The notes beneath the pieces were generated by a model. That model was not told the origin of the DNA. It did not search any database and was given only the letters and a program-made list of their open reading frames with translations. Of a stretch of 64,000 nt of DNA, positions 50,937 to 60,011 are shown in pieces. The stretch lies in NCBI GenBank assembly GCA_049903315.1, contig JBNGBT010000010.1:34868-98867 (forward strand). Reading direction: 5' to 3'. Made by a program: the position numbers and the translations under genes. The DNA is from Candidatus Cloacimonadota bacterium. Its GTDB lineage: Bacteria > Cloacimonadota > Cloacimonadia > JGIOTU-2. Positions within the stretch are counted from its first letter, which is position 1; each line of letters starts with the position of its first letter.

Positions 50937-50986
50937 GTAACGCAAGATTCCAATCTTGCGTACTCAACATCGGAATGTTGAGTTAC
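50937..50986 (+). repeat. REP/REPIN-like element, copy 2 (50 bp, two hairpins, GTAAC...GTTAC ends)
   Basis: GTAACGCAAGATTCCAATCTTGCGTACTCAACATCGGAATGTTGAGTTAC; homologous to 18403-18491. Confidence 0.65.
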
Positions 50987-51067
50987 AATCTTCCTTTCAA
51001 GGGAAGACATTCAATGTAATCTGAATTGCATCAGTTAATATAAAATTCCTCTGAAAACCATATTTTC

Positions 51068-51097
51068 TTGACACTCTCCCTGCTCGTTTGCCAGTTT
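51068..51097 (+). promoter_or_regulatory. Candidate sigma-70 promoter of the ABC/ABC-F operon
   Basis: Perfect TTGACA at 51068; weak TG-n-CAGTTT -10 at 51089-51097. Confidence 0.4.
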
Positions 51098-51137
51098 TGG
51101 TTCAAATGAAAAAATAATTCGGATGGAGGTTCATCGC

Positions 51138-51239
51138 ATGATCAGACTTATCCCTGGCGACACAGCCAGATTGCCAATAATGCAAATAGTGTGCTTTTTA
51201 GTCGTATCAACAACCGCCCGTCCGAGGTTCATACAATAA
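51138..51239 (+). CDS. Putative 33-aa leader peptide MIRLIPGDTARLPIMQIVCFLVVSTTARPRFIQ
   Basis: GGAGG RBS at 51125-51129; the ORF ends 17 nt before a terminator in the 5' leader of the ABC operon. Confidence 0.65.
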   Translation: MIRLIPGDTARLPIMQIVCFLVVSTTARPRFIQ

Positions 51240-51256
51240 AATAACATTTTTAATGT

Positions 51257-51293
51257 AAGCCACGGACAAGCGAATCCGTGGCTTTTTTGTTTT
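51257..51293 (+). terminator. Attenuator terminator in the 5' leader of the ABC/ABC-F operon
   Basis: AAGCCACGGA-CAAGCGAA-TCCGTGGCTT followed by TTTTGTTTT, about 80 nt upstream of the first ABC gene. Confidence 0.85.
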
Positions 51294-51373
51294 ACCACAC
51301 CATTTAATAGCCCGGATTCACATTAAAAAAGCGGTACTTTTATGTTAATCAATATATCCTCTCGCAGGTCAAT

Positions 51374-53239
51374 ATGAAAAAATTATATTATTTATGGCAA
51401 TTCATGAAGGGCAACAGAGCTCTTTACATCATAGCTATCGCAGCAATCGGTATAGCCACATTTCTGTCATTCCTCTGGCCGATGGTGCTTCGAATCACTG
51501 TAGATTCAATTATCGGTGACAAAGCTCTCGAAGCTCATGGCTGGCTTAAGCCGGTTTTTTCAGGTGCCTATAATTTCTTTGGCGGTCACTCAGGGCTGGT
51601 CGGAAAACTATGGATCTGTAGTGTAATACTTATTGCGATCACTTTGGTGAGAGGAGTATTTCTCTATTTCAAAGGCAAGTGGTCCGCAGTCGCCTCAGAA
51701 TCCATTTCGCAGCATATTCGGGATAAGGTTTATGATCATCTTCAGCTTCTTCCGTATGATTACCATGTGAAATCAAAAACAGGAGATCTAATACAGCGTT
51801 GCACTTCGGATGTGGAGACTGTGCGAAGATTTCTCGCAATCCAGTTCGTGGAAGTGGGAAGAGCATTGTTCATGGTAGGATTTGCACTCTCATTTATGCT
51901 GCCGATGAGCGTCCCGATGACACTGGTTTCGATGGCGCTTGTTCCATTCATCTTCGGATTTGCAGTCGTGTTTTTCATGAAAGTAAAAAAGGCATTTCAG
52001 CTTTCTGATGAATCAGAAGGAAGGATGTCCACGGTACTGCAGGAAAATCTGAGTGGCGTGAGAGTGGTACGCGCGTTTGCACGTCAGGCACATGAGATAG
52101 GCAAATTCGATGACAAGAACAGTGAATACCGCGATCTCACCTACAGATTGATCTGGCTGCTTGCATGTTATTGGTCGATATCAGATTTTCTTTCCCTCAT
52201 CCAGATCGCAGCCGTGCTTATTCTTGGAACGTTCTGGGCTGCACAAGGAATAATTTCTCTCGGCACACTCCTCGCCTTCTCAACTTTTGTTGGAATGATG
52301 CTCTGGCCTATCAGGCAGATGGGACGAGTGCTTACAGACATGGGCAAGACAATGGTTTCTGTTGGTCGTATCCACGAGATACTTGATGAGCCGACTGAAG
52401 AATTTCATGAAGATGATGAAATTATGGTAACAGGAAAGATTGAATTTGATAATGTGAGTTTCGAATACGAAGACGGAAAACCGATCCTGAAGAACATATC
52501 TTTTGCAGCCGAACCCGGGCAGACTGTTGCCATTCTAGGACCCACGGGTTCCGGTAAATCTTCGCTGGTACATCTTATTCCCCGCTTATATGATTACACG
52601 AGCGGGTCCATCAAAATTGATGGAATGGAACTGAAGGATATTGATAAGCACGCCATTCGAAAAAACGTCGGACTCGTGCTTCAGGAACCCTTTCTGTTTT
52701 CAAGAACTCTTAAAAAAAATATCGGTATGAGTAGAATTGATTGTGAAGATGACGATGTTTTCGAAGCGGCGCAAATTGCATCAGTTCATGATGTCATCAT
52801 GGATTTCCAGAATGGGTATGAAACTGCAGTTGGCGAGCGCGGAGTCACATTATCCGGTGGTCAAAAGCAGAGAGTTGCCATGGCAAGAACTTTGGTCATG
52901 AACACGCCGATCTTAATATTCGATGATTCGCTGAGTGCGGTCGATACAGAAACAGATGCTGCAATAAGAACTCAATTGAATAAGAGAGAAAAGAAGGCAA
53001 CAACCTTCATCATCTCACATCGTTTGACCACACTATCTGAAGCGGACATCATACTTGTGCTCGAGCATGGCGAACTAGTACAGATCGGCTCACATGAAGA
53101 ATTAGTGAACCAGGAAGGATTGTACAGGCGCGTCTGGATGATCCAGAATTCTCTGGAAGAAGAACTGGAAACAGAACTCGAAAGTAATAATATAAAAATC
53201 GGCATAAATAATAAGAAAATTTCTTTGGAAACAGCATAA
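51374..53239 (+). CDS. Heterodimeric ABC exporter, half 1 (TMD-NBD, degenerate Walker B)
   Basis: GPTGSGKS, LSGGQ, ILIFDDSLSAVD (D in place of the catalytic E) and ISHR. Confidence 0.93.
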   Translation: MKKLYYLWQFMKGNRALYIIAIAAIGIATFLSFLWPMVLRITVDSIIGDKALEAHGWLKPVFSGAYNFFGGHSGLVGKLWICSVILIAITLVRGVFLYFKGKWSAVASESISQHIRDKVYDHLQLLPYDYHVKSKTGDLIQRCTSDVETVRRFLAIQFVEVGRALFMVGFALSFMLPMSVPMTLVSMALVPFIFGFAVVFFMKVKKAFQLSDESEGRMSTVLQENLSGVRVVRAFARQAHEIGKFDDKNSEYRDLTYRLIWLLACYWSISDFLSLIQIAAVLILGTFWAAQGIISLGTLLAFSTFVGMMLWPIRQMGRVLTDMGKTMVSVGRIHEILDEPTEEFHEDDEIMVTGKIEFDNVSFEYEDGKPILKNISFAAEPGQTVAILGPTGSGKSSLVHLIPRLYDYTSGSIKIDGMELKDIDKHAIRKNVGLVLQEPFLFSRTLKKNIGMSRIDCEDDDVFEAAQIASVHDVIMDFQNGYETAVGERGVTLSGGQKQRVAMARTLVMNTPILIFDDSLSAVDTETDAAIRTQLNKREKKATTFIISHRLTTLSEADIILVLEHGELVQIGSHEELVNQEGLYRRVWMIQNSLEEELETELESNNIKIGINNKKISLETA

Positions 53240-53273
53240 AATGGTAACTCATAAAATTTTGTAGGATGATAAA

Positions 53274-55100
53274 ATGAGTGTATTTAAAGAACATGAATAT
53301 ACAAAGAGATTCGATTTCTCTCTCTGGAAAAAGTTAAACAGATTCATCAAACCATATAAGAAGAGAATGCTGGTTCTCGCTGTGTTCATGCTTGCGCTTG
53401 CAGGGGTCGATGTAATACTTCCCCTGATGACTAAATATGCGATCGACCACTTTGTCGTTCCTCAGAACACGCACGGCATAGTGGGTTTCGGCATCGTGTA
53501 CTTTGTGCTCATACTTGTGCAGAGTTTGAATATCTACTTCTTCATTGCTATCGCAGGAAAGATCGAAATGGGCATCTCGTATGACATTCGCAAGAAAGGA
53601 TTCGAACATCTGCAAGAGTTGTCTTTCAACTATTATGATAAAACTCCAGTGGGCTGGATCATGACGAGGATGACATCGGACAGCACACGTCTTGGCGAGT
53701 TCATTTCATGGGGTTTAGTTGATATGGTGTGGGGTGTCTCACTCATGCTCGGCATTGTATTCGTGATGCTTTTCATGCATTGGAAGCTCGCGCTTATAAC
53801 CCTGACTGTGGTTCCGGTGCTTGTTATGATAAGTTTATATTTCCAGAAGAAAATTCTTAAAGCATACAGAAAAGTCAGAAAGATAAATTCTCAGATCACG
53901 GGAGCATTCAGCGAAGGTATCACAGGAGCAAAGACGACAAAAACACTGGTTCGTGAAGAAGAAAATCTGCTCGAATTCCAGGAGATCACGACCAAAATGA
54001 ACCGTTCTTCGGTTCGAGCTGCGATATTCTCATCGCTCTACCTGCCCGTGGTGCTTACACTTGGAAGCATCGGAACCGGACTCGTACTCTGGAGAGGTGG
54101 AAATGGTGTGTTGCTCGGAACGATCTCGTACGGAACACTTGTTGCGTTCATCTCATATACAGTTCAATTTTTTGAGCCGCTTCGAGAGCTTTCACGCGTG
54201 TTTGCAGAACTTCAGAACGCACAGGCATCCGCAGAACGCATTTTCTCAATGATAGATGAAAAACCCGATATTCAGGACACTTCAGAAGTTATTGATGAAT
54301 ACGGAGATATGACGAAATGCAAAAATGAAAATTGGCCTGAGATAGATGGAAGAATTCGTTTTAAGGACGTTTCGTTCGGTTACAAAGAAGGCGAATATGT
54401 GCTTGATGATTTCAATCTCGAAGTTCAAGCCGGCGAGACAATTGCACTGGTCGGCGAAACTGGTTCCGGTAAAAGCACGATCGTCAATCTTGCATGCAGG
54501 TTCTATGAACCGACAGAAGGTGAAGTGCTCATCGATGGCGTAGATTACAGGAAAAGATCGTTACTCTGGCTGCATTCAAACCTTGGTTATGTGTTGCAAA
54601 CTCCGCATCTTTTCAGTGGCACGATCAAGGAGAATATTGCGTATGGCAGACTCGATGCAACTGAAGAAGAGATCATCGAAGCTGCAAAACTGGTCAATGC
54701 TCACGAGTTCATTTCGGGGCTCGAAAAAGGGTATGATTCTGAAGTAGGAGAAGGCGGCGGATTGCTCTCCACAGGCGAGAAGCAGCTCATTTCCTTCGCA
54801 CGGGCAATCCTCACTGATCCCAAAATATTCGTGCTTGATGAAGCAACCTCTTCGGTCGATACGGAAACAGAACAGAAAATTCAGGATGCAATTCATAAAG
54901 TGCTTGTAGACAGAACGAGTTTCATTATTGCTCATCGTCTTTCAACAATTCGATCTGCAGATAGAATAATAGTTATTCATAAAGGCAAAATAACCGAGCA
55001 GGGCACACACCGTGAGCTTATCAAACAAAAGGGCTACTATTACCGGCTCTATTCGAACCAGTTCATGGAAGAGCGAGAATCAGAGCTGCTGACAGCATAG
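53274..55100 (+). CDS. Heterodimeric ABC exporter, half 2 (TMD-NBD, degenerate signature)
   Basis: GETGSGKS, LSTGE, VLDEATSSVD and IAHRLST. Confidence 0.93.
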   Translation: MSVFKEHEYTKRFDFSLWKKLNRFIKPYKKRMLVLAVFMLALAGVDVILPLMTKYAIDHFVVPQNTHGIVGFGIVYFVLILVQSLNIYFFIAIAGKIEMGISYDIRKKGFEHLQELSFNYYDKTPVGWIMTRMTSDSTRLGEFISWGLVDMVWGVSLMLGIVFVMLFMHWKLALITLTVVPVLVMISLYFQKKILKAYRKVRKINSQITGAFSEGITGAKTTKTLVREEENLLEFQEITTKMNRSSVRAAIFSSLYLPVVLTLGSIGTGLVLWRGGNGVLLGTISYGTLVAFISYTVQFFEPLRELSRVFAELQNAQASAERIFSMIDEKPDIQDTSEVIDEYGDMTKCKNENWPEIDGRIRFKDVSFGYKEGEYVLDDFNLEVQAGETIALVGETGSGKSTIVNLACRFYEPTEGEVLIDGVDYRKRSLLWLHSNLGYVLQTPHLFSGTIKENIAYGRLDATEEEIIEAAKLVNAHEFISGLEKGYDSEVGEGGGLLSTGEKQLISFARAILTDPKIFVLDEATSSVDTETEQKIQDAIHKVLVDRTSFIIAHRLSTIRSADRIIVIHKGKITEQGTHRELIKQKGYYYRLYSNQFMEERESELLTA

Positions 55101-55108
55101 GATATATC

Positions 55109-56725
55109 ATGCAAATATTGAGAGCTGACAACATTGGATTTCGGTACGATGCACAGCAGGATATGCTCTTTGAAAATGTCACTTTTGCCGTGCACGTGAA
55201 GAGCAGGATAGGACTGATTGGAAAAAATGGCTGCGGCAAATCGACTCTTGTTGATATATTGAGAAAGAAAAATAATCCGGTCGAAGGTTCCATTTATCAT
55301 AAACCGGAGCTTTCGATCGGGTATCTTCCTCAGGAATTGAACCTGCCAGAAGAAGAATCCTGTATATCCTTTTTATGGGATAGCAAACCAACTCTGGCTC
55401 AATTAAAGAACAAAATAGATCATATTGATGATTTTACACCAGGGCAGGTAAGCTCTATACTTTCTCAATTTGAAAGAAATAGAGGGTATGATTTTGAGAT
55501 CGCAATAGAAAAGATTGTTACACGTTTTTGTTTTACCAAGGAGATGCTCCAAAGAAAGATAGCTACATTAAGTGGGGGGGAACAAACTCGTCTTGCACTG
55601 TGTGGCATATTGCTAAAGAATCCGGATGTGCTGCTCCTTGATGAGCCGACAAATCACTTAGACATAGAAGCGCTCACATGGCTGGAGAATTTTCTCAATG
55701 AGATCAAGATACCATATATTATCATCAGCCATGACAGGCATATTCTTGATTCGTGCGTGAATTCGATACTAGAGCTTTCTCCTGAAGGAATTAAAACTTA
55801 TTCAGGCAATTATTCTTTGTATAAACAGGAAAAGGAGCAGGAGCTTCATAGAAAGATTCACGTATATGAAGAGCAGAAAAAGAAGATAAAAAAGCTGAAA
55901 ACCGCAGCACAAAAGAGAACTCAGTGGGCTCACAAGCATCAAGCTGAAACCGGCTCCGAGGGCTATGCTCCAGTATATGAGTGTGTGAGCAATCTGGCAA
56001 AAAATGCAATGGTGCAAGCGAAAAATCTGCAAAGAAGAATGGAAAGAAGGATAGAAGAAACTGAAGCGGACAAGCCGTTTATTGAAAAGAAGAGATCCTT
56101 TCACTTTAATGCCGAGCCCATCAAAAGCAGGCGGGTCTTGGAAGTCGAACATCTTACAAAAACTTTCGGTTCAAACGATGTGCTCGATAACATCGATTTG
56201 CAAATTGAGACTGGGAAACGATTGGCAATAATCGGGAAAAATGGAAGCGGAAAGTCCACCCTGCTCAAAATCTTAACAGGTCATCTTGATGGATATCAGG
56301 GCAAGATGAGTTGGTCACCTCAAGCAAAAATTGGGTATTACTCCCAAGATTATGAAAACCTAAATTTTGATGCAACAGTTCTCGAAGAAGTTACCAATGG
56401 AGATTCACAAAAGCAAACCTTTGCGAGGACAGTGCTCGGTTGTCTTTATATTTCTGAGAAGTTGATACGCAATCAAATAAAAACATTAAGCATTGGCGAG
56501 AGAAGTAAAATCGCATGTGCAAAAATCATTGTGTCAGGTGCGAATGTGCTTGTACTCGACGAACCTACAAATCATCTTGAGATCGCAGCCCGTGAAGCAC
56601 TGGAACAAGCGCTTGAGGAATATAATGGAACCATAATCTTCGCAACGCATGATAGGTATCTTATTGATAAGATAGCTGAGAGAGTAATCAATTTGGATGG
56701 ACCAGGAAAGGAGTTCAGTATATGA
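55109..56725 (+). CDS. ABC-F family ATPase, ribosomal-protection-like
   Basis: Two NBDs and no TMD (GKNGCGKS/LSGGE/LDEPTNHL; GKNGSGKS/LSIGE/LDEPTNHL), with a long interdomain linker after YSGNY. Confidence 0.9.
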   Translation: MQILRADNIGFRYDAQQDMLFENVTFAVHVKSRIGLIGKNGCGKSTLVDILRKKNNPVEGSIYHKPELSIGYLPQELNLPEEESCISFLWDSKPTLAQLKNKIDHIDDFTPGQVSSILSQFERNRGYDFEIAIEKIVTRFCFTKEMLQRKIATLSGGEQTRLALCGILLKNPDVLLLDEPTNHLDIEALTWLENFLNEIKIPYIIISHDRHILDSCVNSILELSPEGIKTYSGNYSLYKQEKEQELHRKIHVYEEQKKKIKKLKTAAQKRTQWAHKHQAETGSEGYAPVYECVSNLAKNAMVQAKNLQRRMERRIEETEADKPFIEKKRSFHFNAEPIKSRRVLEVEHLTKTFGSNDVLDNIDLQIETGKRLAIIGKNGSGKSTLLKILTGHLDGYQGKMSWSPQAKIGYYSQDYENLNFDATVLEEVTNGDSQKQTFARTVLGCLYISEKLIRNQIKTLSIGERSKIACAKIIVSGANVLVLDEPTNHLEIAAREALEQALEEYNGTIIFATHDRYLIDKIAERVINLDGPGKEFSI

Positions 56726-56859
56726 AAAAAAGCATGAAAGATTTTCTCAAAGAAAAACAGTCTAAACAAAACCTGAAACAGTCGAAGAAAGTCCGATTCT
56801 CAAAAAAAGGATCGAGTAAGGTGTCCAGTTTTAAAAAGGGGCATATTAAAAAAGGATAA
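56722..56859 (+). CDS. 45-aa Lys-rich peptide MKKSMKDFLKEKQSKQNLKQSKKVRFSKKGSSKVSSFKKGHIKKG (below the ORF-track cut-off)
   Basis: AAGGAG RBS at 56708-56713, ATGA overlap with the ABC-F stop, and it fills the intergenic gap. Confidence 0.65.
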   Translation: MKKSMKDFLKEKQSKQNLKQSKKVRFSKKGSSKVSSFKKGHIKKG

Positions 56860-56882
56860 GTAACATTTATTTTGGAGTTTAC

Positions 56883-59800
56883 ATGATTGAAGATATAAAT
56901 AAATTACAAATTGTTGAATATGAAGACAAATATGCAGATGCAATTGCCGAGATGTGGAACAAAAGTGGTGATTGCTGGGGCGGGTACAGTCTATCCCTCT
57001 CAGGCGAGTCCGTACGTCAGGAAGAGGAGCAGTCCGACCATCTGTTTGTCTGGCTCGCTGTCCTCAATGATAAGGTAATAGGTTATTGCACATTATCGGA
57101 ATACAGGGAGGATGAGGGTGCACTCTACATAGATGTGCTCAACGTGATACCGGAATATCATGGAAAGAAGATCGGGAAAAAGCTCGTGCTCAAAGCTGTC
57201 GAAAAGACCATCGAGTTAGGTTTTCCACGAGTTGACCTCTATACATGGACAGGAAATACAAAAGCAGTCCCTCTTTACAAGAAGACGGGTTTTTTCTGGG
57301 TGGATAGAGATGAATGCACGCACTGTATGAACTTCATTCCTACAGTTCTTACGAGTGAATTGTTAAAAAACTATATCTCAGATTTTGACTGGTATGAAGA
57401 TTCTGCAAGAAAGATCGCTATCGAACCTGATGGTAAGAAACATGATGGTTTTGAAAGTTATCAATACATTTGGAAAAAAGAAAATCAAGAACTGGAAGTT
57501 GAATTCTGCAGGCATAGTAGAGGTGTCAGAAGAATAAGAACAAAGGATTTCGAGATCACGGCAGAAACCAAAAAGCTCAAACAGGTCTTTGGTAAATCTT
57601 ATGAGATTTCATATCATGTGAAAAATTTCACAGACAAACCACTCGATGTGAAAATCAAAGGAATAAATAATAAGAACATTGTCTTTGATTTTCATGCTGA
57701 AGCAAAGGTGAAAGATGAGAACGAATTCACCACCTGTTTCTTTGTAGATGAATTCACGGAGAAGCAAAACAAGTGGAGAACCTATCCTGCAGTCTGTGCG
57801 GACATCTCGATCAATAGCAGGTCACAGGAATTCAAAGTCGGGATTGATCCTCAATATCCACTCACCCTCGAGGTGGTTGGCGAAAAGCAGCTCTACTCTA
57901 CACAACATGATGAGATGATGCACTTCAATATCAAAAATAATTATAACGAGAAGGTTATTTTCTCATGGGAGCTGAAGGACTCAGACCTTATCCAATGGCA
58001 TAAGCATCGCATTGAGATCGAGCTTGAAGCACAATCCCGAAATTCTGTTGCTGTGCCTTTCTCACTTCTTTGTGCAGGTATCCTCAATGAAAAAGTGACC
58101 ATCAATGCGCAGTTCCAGAATGGCACCACATTCTCCTATTCAGATTCGATCAATACGATCTTTCAGACGCAAAATGGTATGGCGTTTGGAAAAAATGAAA
58201 AATGTCTTGCACTCCTCAATGGAAAATACCAATTAAATGTTGATCAGAATGAATTTTATAATGAGGTCAGCTTCTTTGATGTCATCTCCAGAGAACACAC
58301 ACGGCAATTCATGTTTCCTCCCAAAGTTGGCAAACCATTCAGTTCTGAGCTTCATAAAAAGAAAATCTCAAAAGTGGAATATTCAAAACAAGACGATGCG
58401 GTGCAGATGGCTACCTTCTATGAGATAGAAAAACCAGCAGCTTTCTCCCTGATCGTCCATTTTAAACTTTATTCAAATGGAGTGCTTGAGAAGTGGTTCA
58501 CTTTACTGAATCCTTCGGGCAAAGATATACCTCAAGAGGTCTTCTTGAGTAATACAATGTATATTCGTTTTCATAAAACAGTGATCCCTTACAAAGGGAA
58601 GTTTATTTTCATCGACCGGGAAACCCAGAATTGGGGTGAGCTCTACGAAGCAGCGAAATATGACGAGAACTGGATCTTCAATTATGGCACCGCGGACACC
58701 ATTGGCATAAGCTGGCCAGATGAGTTCAAGATGGGCTTTTCTGAAGATCTTCTTTTCTCCACAAAGGTTGGTGTTATACCTGCTGGATCACAGGTGACCA
58801 CAAAAGCATTCAAGCTTATGCTCGGGACCTTTTCTGAATGGCATGATTTCAGAGAATTTGTGCTTGATAAGAAGCTGGAACAGGAGCAACTCACGGATTA
58901 TTGTGAAGTAAAAGTGAATGAAGGCAATCCATTTTTGCAAAAGAAATTCCCCGTTAATGTGATCGAATATCGGGAAAAACCTCATGATATTCCTGTTGAA
59001 TTCTCTGCAAAATATGGATCATTCACATCATCTAAAACTGAATTCTCTTCAAGGCAGAACTCCAAACCCATTCAGTTGGCTATTAATAATCATCAGGAAT
59101 ATGATATTCTTCATGCAAAGATAGAGGGAAAAACTCCTGATAAAATCGTTGAGAAAATAATATTTCCAACAGGAAACGATCAAATAGTTACTGACAAAAA
59201 TGTTGAAAATGATCACAAGGTGTGGTCATGCTCGAATGGACTTATTACGATCAAGGCAGCAGAAGATTATGCACCAGCAGTACATTCTTTAATGTATAAG
59301 GAACAGGAGTGGCTCGATTCTGATTTTCCAACTCCGGGACCAAAATCCTGGTGGAATCCATGGATCGGCGGCATCAACTCCTATCCGAACAGAATGCAGA
59401 TGAGAACTATCATAAAGGAATCGTATGCTATTGATTGTGTGTCGCTTCATGATAATTTCAATAATGAATGGAAGGGTGTAAAGATCAGTGTGTCAGTCGA
59501 TGAATTTGAAAAGTTTAAGGGATTGTCATGGAACCAGTATTATCTCATGCTGCCGAGAGTTCCTGTACTGTGCTATGTACCCGAGATCATACAGGAAACA
59601 GGTAAGTATCTCAGAAATCTCCAGTTCATCTCTCGATATTTTGCCCATGCAGACGAGAAGGTCGAGAATTGTTTCGTGAGATCATATAACTCTCAGCACG
59701 AGCAATTTGATTACTACTCCGGCATAGAAGCAGTTGATATCTATCCACAAACCGTTCGAGCTGTCGGAAGCACTACGCGTGATTACCTGATGCAGATCTG

Positions 59801-60011
59801 GAGCGACCAGGCGAGGTATAATGACATCTCATTGAATAAAGACATTACCTCCTTCTGGATGTATGACTTTGTGAATATTGCAAACAAAGAGAGAAGATTT
59901 CTCACACCGAAATTCCTTATCTTGACAAAAGAACTCCTATCCGAAGATAAGGTTCGTGATCTGAGAAATATAACCTTTTCTCACAAGAATAATCAAGGGG
60001 AGTGCCTATGA
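56883..60011 (+). CDS. N-terminal GNAT acetyltransferase fused to ~880 aa of unassigned beta-rich domains
   Basis: LNVIPEYHGKKIGKKL (acetyl-CoA motif A) and NTKAVPLYKKTGF (motif B); GGAG RBS. Confidence 0.85.
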   Translation: MIEDINKLQIVEYEDKYADAIAEMWNKSGDCWGGYSLSLSGESVRQEEEQSDHLFVWLAVLNDKVIGYCTLSEYREDEGALYIDVLNVIPEYHGKKIGKKLVLKAVEKTIELGFPRVDLYTWTGNTKAVPLYKKTGFFWVDRDECTHCMNFIPTVLTSELLKNYISDFDWYEDSARKIAIEPDGKKHDGFESYQYIWKKENQELEVEFCRHSRGVRRIRTKDFEITAETKKLKQVFGKSYEISYHVKNFTDKPLDVKIKGINNKNIVFDFHAEAKVKDENEFTTCFFVDEFTEKQNKWRTYPAVCADISINSRSQEFKVGIDPQYPLTLEVVGEKQLYSTQHDEMMHFNIKNNYNEKVIFSWELKDSDLIQWHKHRIEIELEAQSRNSVAVPFSLLCAGILNEKVTINAQFQNGTTFSYSDSINTIFQTQNGMAFGKNEKCLALLNGKYQLNVDQNEFYNEVSFFDVISREHTRQFMFPPKVGKPFSSELHKKKISKVEYSKQDDAVQMATFYEIEKPAAFSLIVHFKLYSNGVLEKWFTLLNPSGKDIPQEVFLSNTMYIRFHKTVIPYKGKFIFIDRETQNWGELYEAAKYDENWIFNYGTADTIGISWPDEFKMGFSEDLLFSTKVGVIPAGSQVTTKAFKLMLGTFSEWHDFREFVLDKKLEQEQLTDYCEVKVNEGNPFLQKKFPVNVIEYREKPHDIPVEFSAKYGSFTSSKTEFSSRQNSKPIQLAINNHQEYDILHAKIEGKTPDKIVEKIIFPTGNDQIVTDKNVENDHKVWSCSNGLITIKAAEDYAPAVHSLMYKEQEWLDSDFPTPGPKSWWNPWIGGINSYPNRMQMRTIIKESYAIDCVSLHDNFNNEWKGVKISVSVDEFEKFKGLSWNQYYLMLPRVPVLCYVPEIIQETGKYLRNLQFISRYFAHADEKVENCFVRSYNSQHEQFDYYSGIEAVDIYPQTVRAVGSTTRDYLMQIWSDQARYNDISLNKDITSFWMYDFVNIANKERRFLTPKFLILTKELLSEDKVRDLRNITFSHKNNQGECL

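Noticed and set aside
51120..51300. T-box or metabolite riboswitch in the ABC operon leader
   Set aside because: No T-box (TGGNACC) or known aptamer consensus recognised; a leader-peptide attenuator explains the structure.
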